Part shown: in pieces, positions 52,203-62,200 of the stretch
Position numbering within the stretch: position 1 is the first letter of the stretch
Layout of the letters: every line of letters begins with the position of its first letter
Source: a virus
Length of the DNA stretch: 64,000 bases
Reading direction: 5' to 3' (one strand)
Virus record (IMG/VR): IMGVR_UViG_3300027747_004524
Span: 58,855-122,854 of that record
Notes under the pieces: model-generated
The model's database searches: none
Told to the model about the DNA's origin: nothing
What the model saw: the letters and a program-made list of their open reading frames with translations, nothing else
Program-made: the position numbers and the translations under genes

Positions 52203-53132
52203 TCAAGAAGCTGCTAAAGCTATAGCCGCAAGGTCTCCATTAAAGGCATAAGATCCAATGTGCTTGGTTTTCATCCAAGGACACAGGAAAACTTTACCAC
52301 CGATCTTTCTCCACATCTGACAGAACATATAGTCTTCGCTTAAGTACCTATCTGTGCCACCACCGGTTATGCTGTCTTGGGTGTCTATGACTGTATCAAA
52401 ATAAGCATGGATATATCTCGAACCATCAAAGTTTTCTTGTCCTACATGATCTGGTTTGTATTGTATCTGGGGTAATTTTTGATTCATTGCCTCAAAAACC
52501 TGTCTCTTTATCATCATGTAGCCGGTTCCTATTTCTAAAACTTCTGTTGGATCGTATATCAAAAGCTTCTTTTCTCCTCTTCCAACTGGTGAGTTTTTGT
52601 CTAGGTTGAAAACGAAGGTTCCAACAAGTTTTTCTAGTTCCTTTGGAGGTAGTTCTGGATTTCTTCTTGCTGCTTCTGCGATTGCTTCCCAGTTAATTGC
52701 CTTCTTTGGATAGGGCCCACCTACTAAATCTTTTTCTAGTGCCAATAGTGCAAGCACATCGTGTGGATCAACTTGAACGTCTGCGTCTATAAATAGCAAG
52801 TGGGTGCAATCTGATCTAAGAAACTCATCAACTAGGTAATTTCTAGCTCTTGTTATGAGCGACTCATTGAACAGGAACGAGAATCTAACCTCCACATTAT
52901 TGGCAGTCATAAGGTTTTGAATACCGAGGCATGACATTAAGAAAAGTCCGTGTGCCATCCCTCCATACATTGGGCACGCAACAAACAGCTTATACTTTTT
53001 TTCTCTTACACCCGCTAAAGCTGCTTTGAGGGAATCTTCGGTCAAAGAAAGCTTCTCTTCAGATGATTGTGCTTCGGTTTGTGCCTGGGGCTGTACAATT
53101 TCTTGGCTTTCTTTCTTTTTCTTTTTGGCCAT
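52203..53132 (-). CDS. GT-A fold (glycosyltransferase-like) phage protein
   Basis: P.YGG, SLI.RARN, THLLFIDAD, YPKK, GTG.M.I.R.VF, LSEDY.FC. Confidence 0.7.
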   Translation of the reverse strand: MAKKKKKESQEIVQPQAQTEAQSSEEKLSLTEDSLKAALAGVREKKYKLFVACPMYGGMAHGLFLMSCLGIQNLMTANNVEVRFSFLFNESLITRARNYLVDEFLRSDCTHLLFIDADVQVDPHDVLALLALEKDLVGGPYPKKAINWEAIAEAARRNPELPPKELEKLVGTFVFNLDKNSPVGRGEKKLLIYDPTEVLEIGTGYMMIKRQVFEAMNQKLPQIQYKPDHVGQENFDGSRYIHAYFDTVIDTQDSITGGGTDRYLSEDYMFCQMWRKIGGKVFLCPWMKTKHIGSYAFNGDLAAIALAAS

Positions 53133-53190
53133 TTTTATGGTCTCCTTTTTTTTACGACACCAATATATATTAATTAACAGGAGTTTATAA

Positions 53191-54450
53191 TTGCAAAATT
53201 TTAAATTATTTTTTGAGAGCTTATCTGAGGCTGCTGATTTAAAAAGCCAAATACTTGAGAGTTCCTTTTTAAAAGAAATACGGTATATGGGCGGAAGGCT
53301 CTACTTCGTTGGGGGGGCTACAAGAGACCATTATCTTGGCACCCCCTCAAAAGATATTGACGTAATTATATCAAACATTCCCGCAGACCAACTTACAAAC
53401 ATACTGAAAAAGCATGGAACAGTGAGTAGTGTTGGAGAATCTTTTGGAGTTATAAAGTTTATTCCTAATGAGTTTAAAGTTAGTGAGCCTATAGACATAG
53501 CTTTACCAAGAAAAGAACGTCCTATGACGGCTGAGGAGAGAGAAAACTATAAGCAAAAATATGGAAAATACCCCTCTGCCTACCAGGCTTTTACCGTAGA
53601 ACCAGACCACTTTTTAAAGATAGAAGACGATCTACTTAGAAGAGACTTTACGATAAACGCTATCGCCCACGATCATCTTGGGAATAGTGTGGATCCTCAT
53701 GGAGGAGTGAGAGACATTAAAAACAAAGTAATTAGAATGGTCTCTGCGAAAAACTTCTCAGAAGATCCTCTTAGGATGCTAAGAGGCGTACAGTTTGCTT
53801 CACGCTTTGGATTCAAGATTGAGTCTAAAACATTCGATGCTATCAAAAAAAATGCTTCTCTCATAAATGGCATACCAGGCGAACGCATACTCGTTGAACT
53901 AGAAAAGATAGTTAAAAAAGGAAATCAACTTTTGGGTGCAAAATTGCTTTGTGAAACAAGCTTATGGCAGGAGATATCAAGCTTATCTTGTAAAGACCAT
54001 AGCAAGGATGCCGCTTTATTTGAAGAAAGCGAAAAGTCTAAAACCGTAGCAGAGTTTTTGTTTTTAATGATGTTCAATGTCGCATCCTCTCAAGAAGCTT
54101 CTTCTTTGATTAAGAGATTAAAATGCGAAATCATCACCGAGAAGCAGATAAAAGGATTGTATTACGCATGGGAGAGTGATGACAATCCTCATTTAGTTGT
54201 TTTTAATCTTAACAGAATTCACCCAACATGTTTGCGGTTACTTGTTCTACCCCAGCATGTTAAGAATTCTATTTCTTCTGATATGCCTAAAAGTGTTAAA
54301 GACCTACAAATAAACGGCAGCGATTTAATGAGCTTGGGCTATAAAGGAGAAGACATATCAAGTGCTTTTAGTAATATTTTAAGGCAAATATTTAATGGAT
54401 CTATAGGTAACTCAAAAGAAGAAATAATTGACTTTCTTCAAAGCAATTAA
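53191..54450 (+). CDS. CCA-adding/poly(A) polymerase-family tRNA nucleotidyltransferase
   Basis: VGGATRD, KDIDV, RRDFTINA, EDPLRMLR..QFASRFGF, ERI..EL.K; N-terminal FKLFFESLSE tag; TTG start with AGGAG RBS. Confidence 0.9.
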   Translation: MQNFKLFFESLSEAADLKSQILESSFLKEIRYMGGRLYFVGGATRDHYLGTPSKDIDVIISNIPADQLTNILKKHGTVSSVGESFGVIKFIPNEFKVSEPIDIALPRKERPMTAEERENYKQKYGKYPSAYQAFTVEPDHFLKIEDDLLRRDFTINAIAHDHLGNSVDPHGGVRDIKNKVIRMVSAKNFSEDPLRMLRGVQFASRFGFKIESKTFDAIKKNASLINGIPGERILVELEKIVKKGNQLLGAKLLCETSLWQEISSLSCKDHSKDAALFEESEKSKTVAEFLFLMMFNVASSQEASSLIKRLKCEIITEKQIKGLYYAWESDDNPHLVVFNLNRIHPTCLRLLVLPQHVKNSISSDMPKSVKDLQINGSDLMSLGYKGEDISSAFSNILRQIFNGSIGNSKEEIIDFLQSN

Positions 54451-56420
54451 AGATTCCATTTTATTTCTTGACCGTATGCCTCTAAATCAAAGTCCTTGTA
54501 TTTGTTAACAAAAGTCTTTCTGCAAGTTTCCATGTATTCGTTGAGTTTGTTTCTTGTGGTCGATCTTCCTTTGTGGATATAAACACATTTAGGTTCATAT
54601 AAGATTTTAAGATTTAGTAAATGAGCCCGATACTGCCAGTCTGTGTCTTCAAAATAAAGTGGCTTAAAGTTTTCATCTAGTAGCCCAACTTTATTAATTG
54701 CGTCTCTTCTTAGGTATAATAAAGAGCCAGAACAATATCCAACAAACTTTCTTATATTATGCTCTTTTTTGTTTGGGTCGTCATCTCTTCCAAAGTTATG
54801 TCCATAGCCGTTATTAAAAACCATACTACCCGCTTCTTCTAGTAGTCCATTTTCCATTATTGCCTTCCCCCCACAGCAGGCGATCTCCCCAGCAATGTAG
54901 GCGCTATCCTGTATTATGCTCATCCAGCATTTAGTTGTAATAACAGTATCATCGTTTAACAAGATTATGTCTGAGCTCTTGAATCTTTCTATAACTTTGT
55001 TGTGAGGCCTAGAAAAGTATTCATTTTCTTCGTTTCTTACGTATTCTATCTTCATCTTTCTAAACTTGTACTTTTGCACTATACTCTCTACCGCATCCTC
55101 AGAACCGTTGTCTGTTACTACTACTTGAAAGTTTTTATAATCTGTATTTTTTTCTATAGAGTCTAAACAAGAGTCTAGTATTTCTTGGTTTTTGTAGGTT
55201 ACTATCGACACCACTACATGCGGCTCTGGGTTTGTTATTTTTTTAAGAATAGTCCTAGCTGATTCTTTTGAAACCAAGTTTATTGTTTTATTAAATGCTT
55301 TTGTTGTAATTTCTTTTATAAGATCATCATTTAGAGAATATATTTGCTTTAAACAGCCTATAAACTCTCTATCGTTATTTGCAACGAAGCAGTCTTCAAA
55401 GTTATTAAGATCAAACCCTTCGATTCCTATTCTACTTGTTAACACAGGAACTTTATTCATTATCGCTTCGCAGATTTTGCCTTTTATGCCAGCCCCCCAT
55501 GTAAGAGGAGCTATCAAGACTCTTGCTTTTTTAAGATATTCTCTTATGTCCTCCACATATCCAGTAACAAATACATCCTTATTGTCTGCTAGGCTTTTAA
55601 TTTCTTCTGTTGGTGCGTCACCTACTATGTACAAAGAGCATTTCTCTTTAGACTCTCTTTTAAACTTTTGATATATATCATAGGTTCTTATTGCTGCTAT
55701 TATATTTGGTTGGTGAATGAAACCTCCAATAAATACGATATCATTCCCGCCTTGGAATTTGTCTTTTTGTTCCTCATGTATGTTCGACAGCACCCGAACG
55801 TTACTCAGCCTGCATTCATTTTCGATTTCGATTCTGTCGTTATGAGTTACTGAAAGTACAATGTCACACGACTTGTAGAATAGCTTTTCTGACTCTTTCC
55901 TTTCAAAACTTGGAGCCCTTCCTCGTTCCTCTCTCAGCCAATGCACATCTACACTGTCTCCTACAATTTTGGTATTTGGTAATATAGATTTAACCACATT
56001 GACATAATAACCGGACTCCCACCAAGAAAAAAAAGCAGATGAGAACTTCAAACCTTTTTTCTCAAAGTCTTTCAGCTTTTCTGCTACATCTATACCATAG
56101 CAAAAATGTTTTATTCCTAAACTATCAAGTTTTCTTTCGTACTCTTTATTTGGCCCTTCATTAACAAAATAATAAACGTTATTATTTTCAGACAATATAG
56201 ATAAGATCTCTAGCAACCTCTTGCCACCGGAGTTTCTGTTGTAGTACGGCCACTGTGGAGAAAAATATAGTATATTATTCTTTTGCTTTTCTCTAAAAGA
56301 TCTGTTTTCTTTATGACCTATTGTAAGATAATGTAAGGTCGCTTGAGAACCATCGAGATGCATCAGATCGGGATTGCATCTTTTATAAGATTCTGCATTG
56401 AAGTCTAAGGGCAAAGCCAT
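54447..56420 (-). CDS. Multidomain glycosyltransferase (GT4-like plus GT2)
   Basis: F.GGF.HQPN, APL..GAG.KGKI.EA, DNGS, FSRPHN, LLNDD, YFEDTD. Confidence 0.85.
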   Translation of the reverse strand: MALPLDFNAESYKRCNPDLMHLDGSQATLHYLTIGHKENRSFREKQKNNILYFSPQWPYYNRNSGGKRLLEILSILSENNNVYYFVNEGPNKEYERKLDSLGIKHFCYGIDVAEKLKDFEKKGLKFSSAFFSWWESGYYVNVVKSILPNTKIVGDSVDVHWLREERGRAPSFERKESEKLFYKSCDIVLSVTHNDRIEIENECRLSNVRVLSNIHEEQKDKFQGGNDIVFIGGFIHQPNIIAAIRTYDIYQKFKRESKEKCSLYIVGDAPTEEIKSLADNKDVFVTGYVEDIREYLKKARVLIAPLTWGAGIKGKICEAIMNKVPVLTSRIGIEGFDLNNFEDCFVANNDREFIGCLKQIYSLNDDLIKEITTKAFNKTINLVSKESARTILKKITNPEPHVVVSIVTYKNQEILDSCLDSIEKNTDYKNFQVVVTDNGSEDAVESIVQKYKFRKMKIEYVRNEENEYFSRPHNKVIERFKSSDIILLNDDTVITTKCWMSIIQDSAYIAGEIACCGGKAIMENGLLEEAGSMVFNNGYGHNFGRDDDPNKKEHNIRKFVGYCSGSLLYLRRDAINKVGLLDENFKPLYFEDTDWQYRAHLLNLKILYEPKCVYIHKGRSTTRNKLNEYMETCRKTFVNKYKDFDLEAYGQEIKWNL

Positions 56421-56421
56421 G

Positions 56422-56610
56422 TTACTCTGACTTTTTCTTTTTTGTTGTTTTCTTCTTTGTGGCTTTCTTAGCCTTCTTTTTCACTGACTTCTTTTTTACT
56501 TCTTCGGTTTTTTTTGTGCTTTCAACTGAAGGTTCTATCGAAGGTTCTTCTTGTTGTTCACAAGGCTTTTGAACGGTAAAAAATTTCTTTATAAGTTCAA
56601 CTAAATTCAA
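56422..56610 (-). CDS. Small Lys-rich protein
   Basis: KKKAKKATKKKTTKKK tail; in an operon. Confidence 0.55.
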   Translation of the reverse strand: MNLVELIKKFFTVQKPCEQQEEPSIEPSVESTKKTEEVKKKSVKKKAKKATKKKTTKKKKSE

Positions 56611-56984
56611 CTTGACGCCTTTCTTGGATGGATTAAAAAAGATTCTTCACCTATTGTGAGATAGATGGAGTGCTCTTTTATAATATAGCAAATTGAAGAA
56701 AGAAATTTAACGAACTTTTTTAGGTTATTTTGGCCTTTAAAAGATACTTCGTATCTTTCGTGCTTATCTTTTATAACTTCATCGTCTTTAGACCAAAAGC
56801 CATGTATTTTACTGGTTTCATGTGTATAAGCGTAATAATTGTTAACAAAGAAGTCATGGATTTTACCCCTGACTTCTTTGTTCAATTTTTTGACAGGTAT
56901 ATAGAATGTGGCTACTTTGCCTATGTGCTTAACATTAAGCTCTTGTTTTATCCATTTTTTGAAATTGATCTTATCTAACGCCAT
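56607..56984 (-). CDS. Hypothetical protein with a capsid-targeting-like N-terminus
   Basis: NFKKWIKQE near the start. Confidence 0.6.
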   Translation of the reverse strand: MALDKINFKKWIKQELNVKHIGKVATFYIPVKKLNKEVRGKIHDFFVNNYYAYTHETSKIHGFWSKDDEVIKDKHERYEVSFKGQNNLKKFVKFLSSICYIIKEHSIYLTIGEESFLIHPRKASS

Positions 56985-57666
56985 ATTTCTTTGCCATGCC
57001 AGCCTTGCTGTTAAGCATACCCATATAAGGTGGTGTTGACGTTGGAGTTGGCACCGTTGGGGTTGGAGTGCAATCTGGAGGCGACTCAGATGGACAATTT
57101 AGTGAGGCACAAGATGATCCTTCTTGGAAGTTTTGTACCTGATCTGCAGCATTACCTGAGGTCCAATCACCTAAGCTTCCTGAAGCACAACCGCTTATGT
57201 AGAATTTACCATCGCAGCCAAGGCTGCCAGTGCACCAAGCTCCTGACTTTCCACCAGGTGGTGGTGGTGGTGGTGGCGGTGGCGGTGGTGGTGTTGGACC
57301 AGGTGTTGCCGTTGGACCAGGTGTTGCCGTTGGACCAGGTGTTGCCGTTGGACGAGGTGTTGCTGTAGGACGAGGTGTTGCTGTAGGACGAGGTGTTGCT
57401 GTAGGAATTGGAGTTGGCATTTGAGGGCAATCTGCTCCTGAGCATTCGCAGTTGCCGTTGTTGCATGAAAAAGAAACGTCGCCATCTAGTGGTCCGCCGT
57501 TAGCTTTTTCTGCTGCTTCTTGACATTGTAGGTTGTTATAGCAAGGACCACTGCCACCATTTTGTTTTGCTTCGGTTTCCATTTTAGGACCACCAGCACT
57601 AACTGATCCGCCCTTTACTTGTACTCTGAAGCTACCTCCGCTAAATGAACCCTTTATGTCAGGCAT
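56971..57666 (-). CDS. Pro/Thr-rich, Cys-rich protein
   Basis: Two Cys-rich domains separated by (PTATPR/G)x6 and poly-Pro; GGAGG RBS. Confidence 0.7.
   Translation of the reverse strand: MPDIKGSFSGGSFRVQVKGGSVSAGGPKMETEAKQNGGSGPCYNNLQCQEAAEKANGGPLDGDVSFSCNNGNCECSGADCPQMPTPIPTATPRPTATPRPTATPRPTATPGPTATPGPTATPGPTPPPPPPPPPPPPGGKSGAWCTGSLGCDGKFYISGCASGSLGDWTSGNAADQVQNFQEGSSCASLNCPSESPPDCTPTPTVPTPTSTPPYMGMLNSKAGMAKKYGVR
57296..57403. repeat. Six 18-bp tandem repeats encoding PTATP(R/G)
   Basis: GGACCAGGTGTTGCCGTT x3, one hybrid unit, then GGACGAGGTGTTGCTGTA-type units. Confidence 0.85.
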
Positions 57667-57682
57667 GATCCTCCGTTATATG

Positions 57683-58336
57683 CTAAAGATGATTTTTAAT
57701 TATATACCATCTGTCAAAATTATTTCTGTATTTTTTAAGTGTTTCTTTTGGTAGATTTTTTGTTAACACACTTTTTTCTGTAGAAAGGTATGCTTGTATC
57801 TCGTCCATCAAAACCTTTTCACAGTAACCCCACTTTTTTAGTTCGGTCTTAATGGCCTTAAGCTTTTTAACGCTGATTAATTTTGTAATTTGGTCCATGC
57901 TTTTTTTATATTCTTTGTTTGTGTAGTACAAAGCATGAGCTACTTCATGCTTAAAAATACTAGATTCTATTGAGTCTACTCCTAACAAGTACGCTTTTTT
58001 AACATCTGTCATTTTGCATATTTTGTTTAAAGATTTATTCATTTCCCGGTCATAGGGGGTTTCAATTTTGCTCACCCCTTTGCATTTTATTGCCACTTTT
58101 AAAGGCACATTAAATCCAGACCAATCAGAAGTATAGGTGAAATTTCCTTTTTTTATAGAGGAATACCACTCTTTATAGTCCCAAAAAGAGAACTTTTTGC
58201 CTTTAAATCTTCTATTTTTTGACTCATAAAACTCTTGTATTCTTAGAAAGAGCATTGCTCTAATATAATTGTCTGGAACAATAAATACAAATACTTTTGG
58301 AAATAATTCTGTTATTTTGTACTCTATATTAGGCAT
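57683..58336 (-). CDS. Hypothetical protein with an HExxH motif
   Basis: F.R.QEFYES, FKHEVAHALYY, DEIQAYLST. Confidence 0.65.
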   Translation of the reverse strand: MPNIEYKITELFPKVFVFIVPDNYIRAMLFLRIQEFYESKNRRFKGKKFSFWDYKEWYSSIKKGNFTYTSDWSGFNVPLKVAIKCKGVSKIETPYDREMNKSLNKICKMTDVKKAYLLGVDSIESSIFKHEVAHALYYTNKEYKKSMDQITKLISVKKLKAIKTELKKWGYCEKVLMDEIQAYLSTEKSVLTKNLPKETLKKYRNNFDRWYIIKNHL

Positions 58337-58490
58337 ATGGATAAAAATAAGAAGAGATTCATAGGTACTATAGTTTCAACTCCTTTATTTATTTGGTTGT
58401 TTCAAATAATTTTAGGTGGGATGCTTCAAGCAATAGTTATGTTTTTTACAAAGAACAAACTAGAAGAAATGAAAGAAAAGAAAGAAAAAG

Positions 58491-59126
58491 ATGTCTAACA
58501 CAATCAGAGACTTAAGTGAGCTTTTAACACTTTTTGCGGACAACAACTCGAACCAGATTACCGCACAAGATTTAAGAGACCTTATAGTCACAACAGATTC
58601 CTGGAGATTTAGTGGCGACTACAATGATTTGGAAAACCTTCCCACTCTTGGAACCTTAAGCTCACAAAATGCTAACAATGTAAATATAACTGGTGGCAAT
58701 CTAAGCAACATAACAGTATCGGGTTCTTTCAATACAGGTTTAGATCTTTATCCTTATAGCTTTTCTACATCAAAGCTAAGTATTCGTTCTGCTATAGTAG
58801 ACCTTAAACAGATTGCTGAGAATGAAATATTCACGGTGCCAGCAAGTCATATTTTTTTGATTGATAGCATGGAGATCCTAACCACCATTATATCAGGAAC
58901 GAATAATACACTACAAGCAAGGTTTGGAAACAGTATAGATCCACAGGAATATTATCTTCCTTCACAGATCAACAACTTTAATTCTGGAGACAGACATATA
59001 ATTGAGGTTGCTCAAAATGCTTCTCTTTCTGGCACCACAATAACTTTTGGAGTTGTAACCCCATCATCAGCAGACTACCATGAAGGCTTTGGTTTAATTC
59101 ACGGAAGTTTGATAAAAGTTATCTAA
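58491..59126 (+). CDS. Virion-associated protein, short paralog of the fibre C-terminus
   Basis: LGTLSSQNANNVNITGG and a C-terminal domain align by eye with the end of 59228-63055. Confidence 0.75.
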   Translation: MSNTIRDLSELLTLFADNNSNQITAQDLRDLIVTTDSWRFSGDYNDLENLPTLGTLSSQNANNVNITGGNLSNITVSGSFNTGLDLYPYSFSTSKLSIRSAIVDLKQIAENEIFTVPASHIFLIDSMEILTTIISGTNNTLQARFGNSIDPQEYYLPSQINNFNSGDRHIIEVAQNASLSGTTITFGVVTPSSADYHEGFGLIHGSLIKVI

Positions 59127-59227
59127 GTTTTGACTTTTGATAAAAAATGTCTTTATAGTCTACAAAAAAAATTTTTTGAGATCTATAGATAAATTACAGT
59201 CAAAGCACTTTTAACTTAAGGAGTAAG

Positions 59228-62200
59228 ATGGGACAAGCTTATGTAGAACGTAAGAAAGTTGTCATTACTGGCGGATCTCCGTACGCCATAGACATATCAG
59301 GCAATTCTAAAGTCGGAGTAATAACAAATGGTACATGGAACGGTAGTTCAGTAGGAATCAACTATGGTGGTACAGGAGCCGCCACAGCATCCAATGCAAG
59401 AACCAACCTTGGTCTAGCAATAGGATCGAATGTACAAGCCTACAGCTCAACTCTTGATCAAGTTGCAAATGGAACTTATGTTGGTTCGGGCAACACAACA
59501 ACGGTTGGCACAGTAACAACTGGTACTTGGAATGCTTCTGTAATTGGAGTTCCTTATGGTGGAACTGGAGCCAACACCTTGACTGGATATGTTAAGGCTA
59601 ACGGCACAAATCCAATGACAGCAAGCTCAACAATCCCAGCAACAGACGTTGATGGGTTCAGCAATGCAGTTTCAAACTTGGTCTCCACAGTTTTGGCCGT
59701 TTCACCAGAACTAAGCTTAACTTATGATTCTGGCAATGACACTGTTACTATAGCCATAGACGATCCTACGCTCTTGGCAGTATCAAACGGAACATACACA
59801 GGCGACGATAGCATCACAACACTAGGAACAGTAACAACTGGTACATGGAATGCTTCAACCGTAGCAATCGCTTACGGTGGCACAGGTGCAACAACTGCTT
59901 CTGGTGCTAGAACAAACCTTGGATTGGCAATTGGAACAAACGTTCAGGCTTATGACGCTGAACTTGCTGCTCTTGCTGGTGTTACATCTGCTGCTGATAA
60001 GGTTCCATACTTCACAGGAAGTGGAACAGCCAATGTTGCGACTTTCACATCATATGGTAGAAGCTTGGTAGCCACAGCTAACTCAGCTGATGCCAGAACT
60101 ACACTTGGTGTGGTAATTGGAACAGATGTTCAGGCTTATGACGCTGAACTTGCTGCTCTTGCTGGTGTAACATCTGCCGCTGACAAGCTCCCATACTTTA
60201 CAGGAAGTGGAACAGCCAATGTTACAACACTAACTTCATATGGTAGAGATGTAATTGGTGCTGCCAACGCAGCTGGATTAATAAACACACTTGGCCTTGG
60301 AACAATGTCCTTGCAAAATGCAAACAATGTTTCTATAAGTGGTGGAACAATCACAGCCAATAGCGTCACAGTTAGTGGAAACCTTGTTGTCAATGGTACA
60401 ACAACAACCTTAAATTCAACTGAGCTCTCGGTTGATGATAAGAATATTACGCTTGCTGACACAGCAAGCCCAAGTGATGCATCAGCTGATGGTGGTGGTA
60501 TAACCCTAAAGGGTACAACCGACAAGACCTTTAACTGGGTTAGCTCAACAGGTTCTTGGACTGCAAGTGAGAATATGGACGTTGCCGCAGGCAAAGTCTA
60601 TAAGATCGGTGGAACATCAGTTCTAAGCAATACAACTCTTGGAAGCGGTGTTGTCAACTCATCGCTCACATCAGTTGGAACATTAACATCTGGTACATGG
60701 AATGCTTCAACAGTAGCCATAGCTTATGGTGGCACAGGTGCAACAACTGCTTCTGGTGCTAGAACCAACCTTGGTCTAGTAATTGGAACAGATGTTCAGG
60801 CTTATGACGCTGAACTTGCTGCTCTTGCTGGTGTTACATCTGCTGCTGATAAGGTTCCATACTTCACAGGAAGTGGAACAGCTAATGTTGCTACTTTCAC
60901 ATCATATGGTAGAAGCTTGGTAGCCACAGCTAACTCAGCTGATGCCAGAACTACACTTGGTGTGGTAATTGGAACAGATGTTCAAGCATACGACGCAGAA
61001 CTTGCTGCTCTTGCTGGTGTAACATCTGCTGCTGATAAGGTTCCATACTTCACAGGAAGTGGAACAGCCAATGTTGCAACTTTTACATCATACGGTAGAA
61101 GCTTAGTAGCCACAGCTAACTCAGCTGACGCCAGAACTACACTTGGTGTGGTAATTGGAACAGATGTTCAAGCATACGACGCAGAACTTGCTGCTCTTGC
61201 TGGAGTAACATCTGCTGCTGATAAGGTTCCATACTTCACAGGAAGTGGAACAGCCAATGTTGCAACTTTTACATCATACGGTAGAAGCTTAGTAGCCACA
61301 GCTAACTCAGCTGATGCCAGAACCACTCTAGGATTAGTGATCGGAACAGATGTTCAAGCATATAATTCTAACCTTTCTAATGTAGCTAGCGGTTCTTACG
61401 TGGGTTCAAGCAGCATCACAACATTGGGAACAGTAACAACCGGTACTTGGAATGCTTCGACCGTTGCTGTTAATTATGGTGGTACAGGTGCAACAAATGC
61501 AACTAACGCTAGAACCAACCTTGGTGTAGCAATTGGAACAGATGTTCAAGCATATAACTCCACCCTTTCTAATGTAGCAAACGGTACCTACGTAGGTGCA
61601 AATAGCATTACAACACTAGGAACAGTAACAATTGGTACATGGAATGCTTCAACCGTAGCCATAGCTTACGGTGGCACTGGTGCAACAAATGCTTCTGGTG
61701 CTAGAACAAACCTTGGTCTAGTAATCGGAACAGATGTTCAGGCTTATGACGCTGAACTTGCTGCTCTTGCTGGTGTTACATCTGCTGCTGACAAGGTTCC
61801 ATACTTCACAGGAAGTGGAACAGCCAATGTTGCAACACTAACTTCATACGGTAGAGACGTAATTGGTGCTGCAAATGCTTCTGCTTTGATAAACACACTT
61901 GGCCTCGGAACAATGTCATTGCAAAACGCAAACAATGTTTCTATAAGTGGTGGAACAATCACAGCTAGTAGTGTCACAGTTAGTGGAAACCTTGTTGTCA
62001 ATGGTACAACAACAACCTTGAATTCAACTGAACTATCAGTCGATGACAAGAATATTACGCTTGCTGACACAGCAAGCCCAAGTGATGCATCAGCTGATGG
62101 TGGTGGTATAACCCTAAAGGGTACAACCGACAAGACCTTTAACTGGGTTAGCTCAACAGGTTCTTGGACTGCAAGCGAGAACATGGACGTTGCTGCAGGC

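Noticed and set aside
57030-57485. Four overlapping repeat ORFs (VVVV/DQVLPL, QQHLV, SNGNTW, GPGVAV)
   Set aside because: Alternate-frame readings of the 18-bp and poly-Pro repeats in 56971-57666
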